Source: Candidatus Daviesbacteria bacterium (GTDB taxonomy: Bacteria; Patescibacteriota; Microgenomatia; Daviesbacterales; UBA10151). Taken from it: 64,000 nucleotides of DNA. The position numbers were made by a program, and so were the translations under genes. The stretch spans positions 171,188 to 235,187 of the forward strand of contig JACPKM010000001.1 in the NCBI GenBank assembly GCA_016187025.1, written 5' to 3'. Positions within the stretch are counted from its first letter, which is position 1; each line of letters starts with the position of its first letter. The notes under the pieces were generated by a model that saw only the letters and a list, made by a program, of their open reading frames with translations, searched no databases and was not told the origin of the DNA. Positions 17,759 to 28,257 of this stretch are shown piece after piece.

Positions 17759-18621
17759 ATATAGGAGATTTATTTAACTTAATATTTATGGGGCCAATCA
17801 TAAACGTGTTGGCTTTTGTCCTTAACGCCCTTAACTCAATAGGTCTACCAGGGGCTTTGGGATTTTCCTTGATTTTACTGACTGTTTTGATCAGGTTGCT
17901 GGCCTGGCCTTTAATGACTACCCAGTTAAAATCCGCCAAAAAAATGGCTGATTTGAAACCTCATTTAGATGAGCTTAAGAAAAAACATTCTGATAAACAG
18001 GAGTTGGCCAGGGCACAGATGGTTTTGTACAAGGAACATGGAGTAAATCCGGCAGCCGGATGTTTACCTGCCCTTCTTCAGGTTCCGGTATTTTTGGCCC
18101 TTTATCAGGTAATTATTAATGTGTTACCAGGCAAAGAAGGAAGCATCGATTTTCTAAATTCTTTACTCTATCTTCCAACACTAAAATTTCCAGCAAATAT
18201 TGATGTGAACTTTTTTGGTTTAAACTTAGGCGCTAAACCAGCAGAATTTGCAAGTTACGGGTGGTATTTACTGGCCGTACCTGCAGTTACAGCCTTGCTT
18301 ACTTTTATTCAGTCAAAAATGACGTTGGTAAAACCTGTTAAACATTATCCTTCTGACTCGCCAAAAGAAGCAAAAGAAAAGGAAGGTTTAGAAGAAAGCA
18401 TGGCTCAAATGCAGTCACAGATGGTGTTTTTAATGCCAATTATGATCGGTTATTTCGCCTTTACTTTTCCCATAGGACTTGCAATTTATTGGAATACGTA
18501 TACAATACTTGGAATATTGCAGCAATATTTGGTGTCTGGTTGGGGTGGAATGAGCGATATTATGAAAAGACTAGGAGTACCAGAAGTCCAGCTTGCAAAA
18601 AGTAAGAAAAATAAAAAATGA
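17755..18621 (+). CDS. yidC: Membrane protein insertase YidC (short form)
   Basis: 288 aa with 5 TM. Conserved YidC/Oxa1 core (LIRLLAWPLMTTQLKSAKKMADLKPHLDELKKK..., PIGLAIYWNTYTILGILQQY). Operon context is canonical. Confidence 0.85.
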   Translation: MNIGDLFNLIFMGPIINVLAFVLNALNSIGLPGALGFSLILLTVLIRLLAWPLMTTQLKSAKKMADLKPHLDELKKKHSDKQELARAQMVLYKEHGVNPAAGCLPALLQVPVFLALYQVIINVLPGKEGSIDFLNSLLYLPTLKFPANIDVNFFGLNLGAKPAEFASYGWYLLAVPAVTALLTFIQSKMTLVKPVKHYPSDSPKEAKEKEGLEESMAQMQSQMVFLMPIMIGYFAFTFPIGLAIYWNTYTILGILQQYLVSGWGGMSDIMKRLGVPEVQLAKSKKNKK

Positions 18622-19070
18622 CACAAGAACAATTAAGCGAAATACTGGATAATATATTAGGACTTCTTCTGCTGGAGGGAAGTTATGAGTTAGAAGAGTC
18701 TGAAGAGGGTTTTCATGTGTTTATTCAAACAAAAGATGCAGGAAGGATTATTGGCTATAGAGGAGAAGCTTTGCAATCCCTTCAGCTGATAGTTAGCCAG
18801 ATTGCTACGCAAAAATCAAAAGAATTTAAAAGGGTCATTGTTGATGTAGAAGGATGGAGAAAAAACAAAGAAGGAGACTTGGCAAAAAGAGCTGAGGAAT
18901 GGGCAAGCCAGGTTAAGGAGTCCCAGAAACCGATGGAGCTTGAGCCGATGCCTTCTTGGCAAAGAAGAGCAGTTCATTTAAAGATTCAAGAAATGCAAGG
19001 TGTAGAATCAGAGAGTGTAGGTGAGGGCTCAGAAAGACACTTAGTTATTAAACCTGCCAAAAGCGATTAA
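18618..19070 (+). CDS. jag: Jag/KhpB RNA-binding protein (KH + R3H)
   Basis: KH-like VFIQTKDAGRIIGYRGEALQSLQLIV and R3H-like region. Follows yidC as in the canonical operon. Confidence 0.8.
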   Translation: MTQEQLSEILDNILGLLLLEGSYELEESEEGFHVFIQTKDAGRIIGYRGEALQSLQLIVSQIATQKSKEFKRVIVDVEGWRKNKEGDLAKRAEEWASQVKESQKPMELEPMPSWQRRAVHLKIQEMQGVESESVGEGSERHLVIKPAKSD

Positions 19071-20335
19071 TGCTCAGGCGTTTTGAAAAGATTCTACTTT
19101 TTCTGATCACACTATTTCTTCCTACACAACTGGGTAAGCACTTTTGGCCTGAGTTTAGTCAAATCCACTCACTGCATATAGATTATCTATCCCCTACTAT
19201 TTATTTTTGGGATCTTTTGGTAATAGCATTAATATTTATTTTTCTTCTCCAAAGGAAAAAAATTAATAAATGGGCTTTAAACCTCTTCTTGCTTTTTATT
19301 CTGGCTCAAGTAATGTCTTTGGTTCAAATAATTTGGAACAAAGAGGTTAACTTAGGAGCTGGGTTGGCAAGGCTTGAGCAATATTTGATTGCTGGTTTTT
19401 TTGGCGTTTATATTGCATCCAAAAATATACAAAAGATAAGCGGGTTGCTATTTTGGTCCCTTAGCTTTTCGCTGATTTTACAATCGCTTTTGGCACTGGG
19501 ACAGTTTTACTTCAAAGCAGATTTAGGGATGTGGTTTTTGGGTGAAAGGGGGTTTAATATTACTACTCCTGCAATTGCAAAATTTGATTTTTATGGGCAG
19601 GAATTTTTACGTCCCTACGCAACATTTCCCCACCCAAATGTTTTGGCAGGCTTTATGGTGGTGATACTGCCTATATTGTTGCTAGTTAATGGGTTGGCAA
19701 ATAAACATAGTTTTTATCTAAAAAAATTAAGCGTCTATACCTTAGCTTCTTTGGCAATGATGCTGTCTGGTCTTGTAATCTTTCTGACTGTTTCTAGGGT
19801 GGCCTTAGTTTGTTTTCTAATTATGGGACTTGTAGTGCTGAGAAAAGCAGGACTAATTTTACTGGGTTTATCATCACTTTTTTTCCTACCTGTTTTCATT
19901 GAAAGGTTTACAACAATTTTTACATTTGACAATTTATCGCTGCTCCGCCGGGAGGAGCTGGCAAATATTTCCTTAGAGCTTTTTAAAAAGAGTGTGCTTT
20001 GGGGGGTTGGGCTAAACAATTTTATTCCTATGGCAGCTGATAGTTTACTGGTTGGGCCAAGTAGATTTTTACAACCTGCCCACAACATTTATTTATTGAC
20101 CCTTGCTGAGACTGGTTTGATTGGATTTCTTGGGCTGTTTTGCTTAATTGTTTTGCCTATCTTTAAACTTACTAGGCCCTTTTTCAAGCCTAAATCTTTT
20201 CTAATTGCCTCCTGGGTAATTTTGCTTTTTTTGGGGTTATTTGACCATTACTTTTTAACTCTTCAGCAAGGCTATCGTCTAATGTTTTTGTTATGGGGAA
20301 TCTCTTTTGCCGTGTTAGAATACCAGAGTGTATAA
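19070..20335 (+). CDS. O-antigen ligase/polymerase (Wzy_C)-like polytopic membrane protein
   Basis: About 10-12 TM plus a large extracytoplasmic loop containing WGVGLNNF, resembling the Wzy_C/WaaL family. Confidence 0.55.
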   Translation: MLRRFEKILLFLITLFLPTQLGKHFWPEFSQIHSLHIDYLSPTIYFWDLLVIALIFIFLLQRKKINKWALNLFLLFILAQVMSLVQIIWNKEVNLGAGLARLEQYLIAGFFGVYIASKNIQKISGLLFWSLSFSLILQSLLALGQFYFKADLGMWFLGERGFNITTPAIAKFDFYGQEFLRPYATFPHPNVLAGFMVVILPILLLVNGLANKHSFYLKKLSVYTLASLAMMLSGLVIFLTVSRVALVCFLIMGLVVLRKAGLILLGLSSLFFLPVFIERFTTIFTFDNLSLLRREELANISLELFKKSVLWGVGLNNFIPMAADSLLVGPSRFLQPAHNIYLLTLAETGLIGFLGLFCLIVLPIFKLTRPFFKPKSFLIASWVILLFLGLFDHYFLTLQQGYRLMFLLWGISFAVLEYQSV

Positions 20336-21590
20336 GTTAGTTAAAATCACTCAGCAAACGCTTTGGCAACTAGTTGGTAAAGCGGTTACATCCTTCTCTA
20401 CTCTGCTTATTTTAAGTTTTATTACAAGATTTTACGGTGAAGTTGGCACAGGAGTATTAACCCTTGTTCTTGCTTATCTTGGTTTTTTTACTATAGCAGT
20501 TGATTTGGGTTTTAATGCCTATCTAATGCCTCAACTGCTGGAAAATTATCAGCTTGTTTGGAGAAAGCTATTTGGCTTGAGAATTTTAGTTGCAGTATTT
20601 TTAGCAGTTATTGCCATCTTTGGTATTTTTTTCTTTCCCAATTATGACCCATTGGTTTACCAGCTGGTTTTAATCGGAGCAGCAGGTGCACTAGCTCAAC
20701 CGGCTTTTTTTATAACCGCCAATGCCATCTTTCAATCTAAACTAAGGTATGACCTGTCTATTATTTCGTCTTCTCTTGGATCACTGGTAACTTTAATTTT
20801 AGTTATCTTAGTAGTTTATAACAGGTTACCTTTGCAATTTGTAATGGCGGGTTATTTGCTTGGCTGGATTATAACAGCTTTTATTGCCTTAATACTTGCT
20901 GGTAAATTTATCCACCAGCTATCTCCTGTTTTTGACCCAAATTTTATTAAAAGGGTTTTTAAGGGTGCATGGCCAATTGCTTTAACCTTACTTTTGAATG
21001 TATTCTATTTTAGAGCGGATATATTTTTACTTTCTTTTTTAAAGCCAATTGGTGATGTAGGTATATATAATCTTTCTTATTCAATATTTCAATCAGCTTT
21101 AGTTTTGCCCACCTTTATTATGAATGGATACTATCCGTTGATGATTCAAAGTTTTAAAATGGGCAAAACCGCCTTTTTCGGGCAGTTAAAACAAGCAAGC
21201 TTAGGTATGCTGGGACTGGGTGTGTTGGGAATACTTGCCACTTTTGTATTGGGAAGTTTTATTATATTTGCTATTACGGGCGGAACGGGTTTTCTGGGAG
21301 CAGCTGAATCCTTAAAAATATTATCTTTGGGCTATCCGGCTTATTTTATGTCAGCTTTACTGATGTGGACTCTGGTGGTAATAAAAAAGTATAAGGCAAT
21401 GGTATTTATTTACCTAATTGGTTTGGTTTTTAATGTTTGCATAAACATTATTTTTATCCCTCTCTACTCATTTATTGCTACTTCCTGGATTACCGGGCTT
21501 TCTGAATACCTTGTACTTGCGCTGCAAATAATAGCTTTAGCATTGGTTTCTAAACGATCCTGGATTGTGGACAAAAAGGCTGTGATTTAG
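20328..21590 (+). CDS. Polysaccharide/oligosaccharide flippase (MOP/Wzx family)
   Basis: 420 aa with about 12-14 TM and no soluble domains. It overlaps the preceding ligase gene by 8 nt. Confidence 0.55.
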   Translation: MYKLVKITQQTLWQLVGKAVTSFSTLLILSFITRFYGEVGTGVLTLVLAYLGFFTIAVDLGFNAYLMPQLLENYQLVWRKLFGLRILVAVFLAVIAIFGIFFFPNYDPLVYQLVLIGAAGALAQPAFFITANAIFQSKLRYDLSIISSSLGSLVTLILVILVVYNRLPLQFVMAGYLLGWIITAFIALILAGKFIHQLSPVFDPNFIKRVFKGAWPIALTLLLNVFYFRADIFLLSFLKPIGDVGIYNLSYSIFQSALVLPTFIMNGYYPLMIQSFKMGKTAFFGQLKQASLGMLGLGVLGILATFVLGSFIIFAITGGTGFLGAAESLKILSLGYPAYFMSALLMWTLVVIKKYKAMVFIYLIGLVFNVCINIIFIPLYSFIATSWITGLSEYLVLALQIIALALVSKRSWIVDKKAVI

Positions 21591-21603
21591 GTATACTGCC
21601 CAC

Positions 21604-22020
21604 ATGGAACTTAGGCTCTTTACAGACGGTGCCTCACGAGGTAATCCTGGTCAGGCCTCCTACGGTTATTTGATATTAGATGAAAAAAACCAAGTAATTC
21701 ACCAGGAGGGAAAAAGCTTGGGAATTGCTACTAACAATTTTGCCGAGTATTCAGGAGTGCTGTCTGCCCTATCTTTTGTAAAAGAAAAGATTTTCAGTGG
21801 CGAAAGCCTAGATATATTAATAAGCGCTGATTCAAAGCTAGTGGTAGAACAGCTATCGGGAAGATTTAAAATAAAGTCAGAGAGCTTAAAGCCCCTAATA
21901 CGAGAAATTAAGTTACTAGAACAGCTTCTGGGAAGGATTAAATATATACATATTCCAAGGGAAAAAAACAAGCAAGCAGATGCTTTGGCAAATAAAGCCC
22001 TCGACTCACTTTACCCATAG
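21604..22020 (+). CDS. rnhA: Ribonuclease HI
   Basis: FTDGASRGNPG (Asp), AEYSGVLSAL (Glu), ISADSKLVV (Asp), NKQADALAN (Asp) form the RNase H catalytic tetrad. Confidence 0.8.
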   Translation: MELRLFTDGASRGNPGQASYGYLILDEKNQVIHQEGKSLGIATNNFAEYSGVLSALSFVKEKIFSGESLDILISADSKLVVEQLSGRFKIKSESLKPLIREIKLLEQLLGRIKYIHIPREKNKQADALANKALDSLYP

Positions 22021-22096
22021 AATGATTTACCGAAAGGCATATTAAGATATCTTTGCTCTCTCTTGAATTTGATTTCTTTTCTGGTACGATTTACCC

Positions 22097-24988
22097 GTGG
22101 GGGAAATTAACGATTCGCGTATTAAACTAGATAGCAATACCTTTTCGCGCAACACTCCTATTGCCTTAGTCGTGGGCGCGGCAGGTTTTTTGGGTTCTTT
22201 TTTGGTTGAGGAACTACTGAAAAAAAATATTCAGGTGCTGGGAGTAGATAATTTATCAACAGGCAAAAGAGCTAATTTAGAAAAGGCTTCAAAAAATAGA
22301 AACTTTCATTTAGTAATTTCATCAGCTGAAGGATTTAATCCTGATTTACCCCGACTTGATTATCTATTTATAGTGGCAGAAAAAGACTGGGATATTACAA
22401 ATATATTAGATATTTTTAGGCAGTTTTCTTGTAAGCTTGTTTTTGTTTCTTCAATAGATTTATATGACAGAAGCCTATCCGAGTCTGATAACTGGTTTGT
22501 CCAGGCAGAGAAAAGAATTGCAAAATTTGCAGCAGAGCATAATTTAAATGCAAGAATTGTCAGATTGTCTGCTGTCTATGGGCCAAGAATGCATTTTAGA
22601 ACTTCAGATCCTGTTGCAAGGCTAATACAGGCCGCTTTAAAAGGTGGTCTGCAAAAAGAGTCAACAGCCTTGGAGTTTTCCGCTAGAGCATTATATGTCA
22701 ATGATGCCATAGATTTAGTAATTAAAAGTATGCTGGTTGGAGCAACAGCCCAGAAGATCTTTGACGGTGCGCTTTTAAGCCCCGTTAAGGTTACTGAACT
22801 AAAGCAGGTATTACTTGATCCGGTTTGGTATGAGAGCAAGGGTTTTACTCCCTCTGATCTGCCTCCTTGGCCAACTCCAAATTTGGAAAAAACCGTTAAG
22901 CATCTATCATGGAAACCAACTCAAGATCTATTAGAGGGATTCAAGGAAACAATCAGTTATTTTAAAGACAATGAAATAGAAATCCCGGCCTTGGAAGATG
23001 ATGAGAAAAAATACATGCAAAAGTATAATATATTGCCCCAAAAGCAGGCAGAGGAGCGGGGGAATGAGCAGGAACAAAAAGTAGAGGTAGAAAAAGGCGG
23101 AGGTTTAGACCAGGGCAGGGAAAAAAGGAGGAGGTTTAAGAGAAGGTTAAGGTCGGCAAGTGCGTTTTTGATAATTTTTAGTCTAATCTTTTATTCGCTT
23201 ATCTGGCCGGTAGCAAGTCTTGGCTGGGGTGTACTAACATTCAGAGTCCAGCTTGGAAAAGCAGCAGATAATCTAAAAAAGGGTAGTTTTGACAAAAGTA
23301 TAAAAGATATAGATGTGGCAAAAGAGGGGGTTGAGCAAGTAGAGTTGTTTATAAGATTACTTGAACCTATTGAAAAAGGCGGATTTTTCAAAAGTGAATT
23401 TTCAACAGCCAGCCAAACTCTGGATTTGGCCAAACTGTCAGTGGATGCTTCAAAACACACAGTGAATGGTATCTCCAGCCTTTATCAGGGATTAAAAGAG
23501 GTAACAGGGGAGTCGGTTAATTCTCCTAAGGGATCTTTTGAAAACGCCCAGTTAGAGCTAGCTGCAGCAGATGAGCAGTTTTCAATGGTTGAGGCGTTGA
23601 TTGACTCAAAGGATTATAAAAATAGCCTGCCGCCCTTTTTTCAAGATAGAGTTGAAAGTTTGAAAACAAGGATAGACAACTACTCAGAGCTAGTAAGAAA
23701 AGCAAGGGCAGCTGCATTTATACTGCCACAACTCATAGCCTTAGAGGGTAAAAAAGACTACTTGGTGATTTTGCAAAACAACAATGAACTGCGTGCAACA
23801 GGAGGATTTATTGGTTCGTTTGCCAAAGTTGCCTTTGAGAGAGGTAAGCTCAAAAAGTTTGAGGTGCAGGATGTCTATGCGATTGACGGTCAGCTAAAGA
23901 TACATGTTGAACCACCAAAAGAGATAAAAGAAGACCTGTCATTAAAAGATTGGTTTTTAAGGGATGCCAATTGGGAGCCGGATTTTCCCACCTCTGCAAG
24001 ACAGATTGCCTGGTTTTATAACAGAGAAACGGGGGAAAGGGTAGAAGGCGTGATAGCATTGGATATATCGGCGGTTGAAAATCTATTAACCGTGGTGGGG
24101 GAGCTTGATTTACCAGATTATAAAGAAAAGATCACCTCAGAAAATCTTTTCTCAAAATCAATCACTTACTCGGAAGCCAATTTCTTCCCAGGATCTCAAG
24201 CCAAAAAGAGTTTTTTAGGAAGTTTGGCAAATCAGCTGTTTAATAAGCTTTTTTTCTTGCCAAACCAAAACTGGCCAGGGATTGTTAGTGCTCTTGGAAA
24301 ATCCATGGAAGAAAAACACCTGATGGTATATTTGGAATCACCCCAACTTTTTTCCTATCTTGCTTCACAAAGCTGGGCTGGGATATTACCTAGAGCAACA
24401 GATGATATAGAGGGTGTGTATAGTGATCTCATTTTTCCCATAGAATCAAACTTTGGAGTAAATAAAGCAAACTACTATTTAGAAAGAAGCTACTTGTTGG
24501 ATACAACAATAGGTAAAGATGGACAAATCAGCCACCGGTTAAGAATTAAATATGTAAACCGCAGCCCCTCAGATACCTTTCCGGCAGGAGTTTATAAAAA
24601 TAGGTTTAGAATATATTTACCATTGGGTACAAAGTTAAACAGAGGCTTATGGGGAGAAGAAGATATAACAGATACCTTTAATGCTTTTGTTGACTATGGT
24701 AGAACAGGCTATTCTGTTTTGTTGCAGCTTGATCCAAAGCAGGAAAAAACCTTGGTTTTAGATTACGGGGTTCCCAGAAACCTGAGTTTTAAAAACGGAA
24801 AAGGGGAGTACATGCTAAATGTAATCAAGCAGCCAGGTACTTTAAATGATCCTTTTGAATGGAAAATGGCCTATCCGATTAATTACAATTTAACCTCTCA
24901 AAAAACCGGAGCAGTAAACCCGCAGGAGTTAATAATCTCTACTGATCTATCTACTGATAAGCTTTTCCAAGCTGAGTTTTCAAAATGA
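22097..24988 (+). CDS. Fusion protein: N-terminal NAD-dependent epimerase/dehydratase (SDR Rossmann) + TM + C-terminal DUF4012-like domain
   Basis: Rossmann motif VVGAAGFLGSFLVEEL. A TM near residue 360. The C-terminal region has ILQNNNELRATGGFIGSFAKVAF, which I associate with the DUF4012 signature. Confidence 0.55.
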   Translation: MGEINDSRIKLDSNTFSRNTPIALVVGAAGFLGSFLVEELLKKNIQVLGVDNLSTGKRANLEKASKNRNFHLVISSAEGFNPDLPRLDYLFIVAEKDWDITNILDIFRQFSCKLVFVSSIDLYDRSLSESDNWFVQAEKRIAKFAAEHNLNARIVRLSAVYGPRMHFRTSDPVARLIQAALKGGLQKESTALEFSARALYVNDAIDLVIKSMLVGATAQKIFDGALLSPVKVTELKQVLLDPVWYESKGFTPSDLPPWPTPNLEKTVKHLSWKPTQDLLEGFKETISYFKDNEIEIPALEDDEKKYMQKYNILPQKQAEERGNEQEQKVEVEKGGGLDQGREKRRRFKRRLRSASAFLIIFSLIFYSLIWPVASLGWGVLTFRVQLGKAADNLKKGSFDKSIKDIDVAKEGVEQVELFIRLLEPIEKGGFFKSEFSTASQTLDLAKLSVDASKHTVNGISSLYQGLKEVTGESVNSPKGSFENAQLELAAADEQFSMVEALIDSKDYKNSLPPFFQDRVESLKTRIDNYSELVRKARAAAFILPQLIALEGKKDYLVILQNNNELRATGGFIGSFAKVAFERGKLKKFEVQDVYAIDGQLKIHVEPPKEIKEDLSLKDWFLRDANWEPDFPTSARQIAWFYNRETGERVEGVIALDISAVENLLTVVGELDLPDYKEKITSENLFSKSITYSEANFFPGSQAKKSFLGSLANQLFNKLFFLPNQNWPGIVSALGKSMEEKHLMVYLESPQLFSYLASQSWAGILPRATDDIEGVYSDLIFPIESNFGVNKANYYLERSYLLDTTIGKDGQISHRLRIKYVNRSPSDTFPAGVYKNRFRIYLPLGTKLNRGLWGEEDITDTFNAFVDYGRTGYSVLLQLDPKQEKTLVLDYGVPRNLSFKNGKGEYMLNVIKQPGTLNDPFEWKMAYPINYNLTSQKTGAVNPQELIISTDLSTDKLFQAEFSK

Positions 24989-25074
24989 TTCTAGAATAAT
25001 TTAAAGCCACTTTGCTTGCCAACTGGTCCTAACTGTGTTAAATTACTAGAGTTAAAATTTAAAAAGCAGCAATT

Positions 25075-25836
25075 ATGACAAATGATAGAGTGGCTTTAAA
25101 AGCTGAAGAGCGGACAATTTTAGGGAAAAAAGTAAAAGCTTTAAGAAAAAATGGTAAGCTTCCAGGCCATGTATATGGCAAGGGAGTAGAAACCGAACAC
25201 GTAACAGTGGATACAAAAGAGTTTTTAAAAATTGCTTATCAAGCAGGGGAAACGGGATTGGTAGATTTAAGGATTGGCCAAGAAAAAATCCGTCCTGTGC
25301 TGATCAGAGAAATACAGACAGACCCAATATCAGGTAGTCCTGTTCATATTGATTTTTACCAGGTCAATTTAAAAGAAAAAGTGGTAGTGCCTGTTCCCTT
25401 GGTGCTAATTGGGCAAGAGCCGGAGAAAGTTCATTTAGGGGAGGCGATAGTACTGCAAACTCTTAATGAGGTTCAGGTGGAGGCATTACCTGCGGATTTA
25501 ATAGAGAAAATTGAAGTAAACATTGCAACGCTCAAAGAAATTGATGATGCTATATCAGTTGAGAACCTAAGCTACGATAGAAGCAAGTTGACCATACTGG
25601 CTGAACCTGAGTCAATTGTTGTAAAACTTGCGCCAGCAGTATCAGCCGCAATGGAACAGTTACTTGAAGAGCAGGCAGCTGAGGCTGCAGCAGCAACAGC
25701 AGTTGAAGGTGAGACCCCGGTAGAAGGTGAGGCAGCAGAGGGCGAGACTCCAGCTGAAGGGGAAGAACAGGCTCAAGCACGTGCGGAAGGTGAAGAAATC
25801 AAATCCGAAGAATCGCCTGAGGCATCCCAGGAGTAA
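25075..25836 (+). CDS. rplY: Ribosomal protein L25/general stress protein Ctc with long acidic low-complexity tail
   Basis: L25 N-terminus (AEERTILGKKVKALRKNGKLPGHVYGKG...). The C-terminus is a GE/AE repeat tail (VEGETPVEGEAAEGETPAEGEE). Confidence 0.8.
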   Translation: MTNDRVALKAEERTILGKKVKALRKNGKLPGHVYGKGVETEHVTVDTKEFLKIAYQAGETGLVDLRIGQEKIRPVLIREIQTDPISGSPVHIDFYQVNLKEKVVVPVPLVLIGQEPEKVHLGEAIVLQTLNEVQVEALPADLIEKIEVNIATLKEIDDAISVENLSYDRSKLTILAEPESIVVKLAPAVSAAMEQLLEEQAAEAAAATAVEGETPVEGEAAEGETPAEGEEQAQARAEGEEIKSEESPEASQE

Positions 25837-25943
25837 AATTTGACCCATTTTTTGGTAAAAATCAGTACGTTAAATCTGCGGAAAAAGTGCGGTAATTCGT
25901 GCGTAACGCCCTATATTGTGCGACGTAAAATTGGAATTTAGCC

Positions 25944-27710
25944 TCAAGTATCAATCCTATCCTTTTGTTCAAGAAAGTTTTTAAAAAGACCTGTTTTGCC
26001 GGCCAGTTCATGATATGCTCCCTCTTGCACGATTCTGCCTTTATCAAAAACTAAAATCCTGTCCATGTTTTTTAAAGTGGTTAGCCTATGGGCAATAGTT
26101 ATGATAGTTTTGTCTTTGAAGGCTCTTTCTATATTTTTCTGCACGATTGCCTCATTTGTGTTATCTAAGGCTGAGGTTGCTTCATCAAAGATTAAAAGCT
26201 TCGGGGATTTTAGAATAAGTCTTGCTAAGGCAACCCGCTGTCTCTGACCGCCTGACAGGTTATTACCTCCCTCCTGGATTATCCCGTCCAAGCCGCCTAG
26301 CCTTTTGGTTATTTCCTGATAGATATGGGCCATCCTACAAGCTTTAATAATCTGCTCTGAACTGACCTTTCTGTCTACCCCATATAAGATATTTTCCCTA
26401 AAAGTTCCTGCAAAGATATATGCTTTTTGAGGTATATAAGCCACCTTCTGAGCAATAACCTTACGGGAGATTTTCTTTAGATCATCGCCTAAGAACTCAA
26501 CCTCTCCTTGGTAGCTGTGTATAAGCCTTAGGATTACTCTTATTAAGGTGGTTTTGCCTCCACCTGAGGATGAAACGATCCCAATTTTTTCTCCCCTTTG
26601 TATACTAAGATTGATCTGATCAAGAACCTTGCGAGGGTTTGAAGGGTAAGCAAAGCTTAGGTTTTTTATCTTGAGTACGATGTTTTTTGTAGTGATATGT
26701 AAATTATCTGTTTTAAATGATTGGTCAGTAGGGGTTGTTACAAGCTCATGTAAATCATTTACATTAATAGAGCTTTCATGAGCCTGGTCCAATATCCGGT
26801 GGATCTCTCTTAAGGGATTCACTATACTTAAAAATAAAATTGAGTAAACTAAGATATCTCCTTGGCTGATTGCTCCAATCGAGGCATAGTAGATTGCCAG
26901 GGACACCACCAGGATATAAAAGATGCTTTCATTCAAAATTTTTCCTGCATCAAAAAGGGCCATAAAGAGATGGTGGCGGATCCCTTTAACCCTTAATTTT
27001 TCAGCAAACTGCTCTATTTTTGATACCTCTTCTTTATAGGTGTTAGCAACTCTAATTGTTTCTATTCCGGAGAGCATCTCTACCACTTTGCCGTCTATCT
27101 CTTCTTTACCGCGAAGAAGAAAAACTCGGACTCCTTTTTGAGAGGATATTTGCTTGGAAATAATAAACAATCCTGCTGGGATGACCAAAACCATCATTGA
27201 AGCAAGAAGGGGTTTTTGGCTCAAAGCTATAAACAAAGCTGCTACAGCAGAAAAAAATACCGGTAAAAACTCCATAAAGGTGAGTCTGATGAGTCGGATA
27301 AGCCCTTGAATGGAGCGGAAGATCCGCCCATGTAAGGATCCGATTTGATAAGAAGATAAAAACTCTATGTCAGTTTTTAAAAGCTGGTCAATAACCTTAA
27401 CAGTCTGTTTTTTATCAGTTTGGGTAATAACAGAATGAACTAGCTGTTTTCTAATAACTGTTAAAGCCTCTCTTGTGAGGATAATTACACTTACCAGGAT
27501 AATAAATGGCAGAGCAGACTCAAAATTGAAGCTGGTCTGTTTGGCGATTTGGTCTATAAACCTTCCCAGTATTACCGCCGGCAGGTTTGTTAAAATACCG
27601 GTAATAAGCATTAAAGAAGAGGCAATAACAAGATATAGCTTCTCGCCTTTGTCGAGCATATTCCAGCTTCTTTTGATGCCTACTAAAATGTCAGATGTCT
27701 CTTTTTCCAT
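25944..27710 (-). CDS. ABC transporter, fused permease/ATP-binding exporter (MsbA-like)
   Basis: Six N-terminal TM. Walker A GIVSSSGGGKTT, signature LSGGQRQRVALARL, Walker B LLIFDEATSALD. Confidence 0.85.
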   Translation of the reverse strand: MEKETSDILVGIKRSWNMLDKGEKLYLVIASSLMLITGILTNLPAVILGRFIDQIAKQTSFNFESALPFIILVSVIILTREALTVIRKQLVHSVITQTDKKQTVKVIDQLLKTDIEFLSSYQIGSLHGRIFRSIQGLIRLIRLTFMEFLPVFFSAVAALFIALSQKPLLASMMVLVIPAGLFIISKQISSQKGVRVFLLRGKEEIDGKVVEMLSGIETIRVANTYKEEVSKIEQFAEKLRVKGIRHHLFMALFDAGKILNESIFYILVVSLAIYYASIGAISQGDILVYSILFLSIVNPLREIHRILDQAHESSINVNDLHELVTTPTDQSFKTDNLHITTKNIVLKIKNLSFAYPSNPRKVLDQINLSIQRGEKIGIVSSSGGGKTTLIRVILRLIHSYQGEVEFLGDDLKKISRKVIAQKVAYIPQKAYIFAGTFRENILYGVDRKVSSEQIIKACRMAHIYQEITKRLGGLDGIIQEGGNNLSGGQRQRVALARLILKSPKLLIFDEATSALDNTNEAIVQKNIERAFKDKTIITIAHRLTTLKNMDRILVFDKGRIVQEGAYHELAGKTGLFKNFLEQKDRIDT

Positions 27711-27763
27711 CCAATAAATTCTACCAGATTTGCATTTAAATTATTAAAAGTTACAATTAAGGT

Positions 27764-28257
27764 ATGAAATACAAAGATTTTATAACAAGCTTTGTCAGAC
27801 AGTGGAATTTTACCAGAGGTGAGAGTGTGGAGATTTTAGAATTTTGGATGATAAGCAACTATTATTTAAGCCAGAGGGTAGTAAGTGGCAGGATCTGGCT
27901 TTCCAATTTGGATGTATGGCTCAAACCCAGATGGTTTATGCAAAAGCTATAGAGCAGGGGAAGATGGATTATTCCTGGTTTAGGAATGAGGAGTTTATTG
28001 ACCGCTCCCAGCTCAAAACAATAAAAGAGCTAATGGATTATCTAATGAAAGCTAATAAGAAATGGGTGGACGTTATAAGAAAAAGAAGGGAAGATGAAGA
28101 TTTTAAAATCAAATGGCCGGGTGCAAATTTAAATTTACCAAACCACATCACAGCTTTAATCTCCCATGAGAGATTACACCATGGGCAAATTATTTCATAT
28201 TCAACGCTGGCTGGGTTTATACTTCCTAAGGGATTTAAATCCAACTGGGCTCTATAA
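27764..28257 (+). pseudogene. DinB/YfiT-like (DinB_2) gene apparently split by a frameshift (27764..27952 and 27844..28257 in different frames)
   Basis: C-terminal LISHERLHHGQIISYSTLAGFILP matches DinB_2. The likely N-terminus (MKYKDFITSFVRQWNFTRGESVEILE) is in another frame that overlaps. Confidence 0.3.

Noticed and set aside
25550-25848. Two minus-strand ORFs rich in Leu/Cys/Gln
   Set aside because: They are artefacts of the GAA/GAG-rich low-complexity acidic tail of rplY read on the opposite strand.
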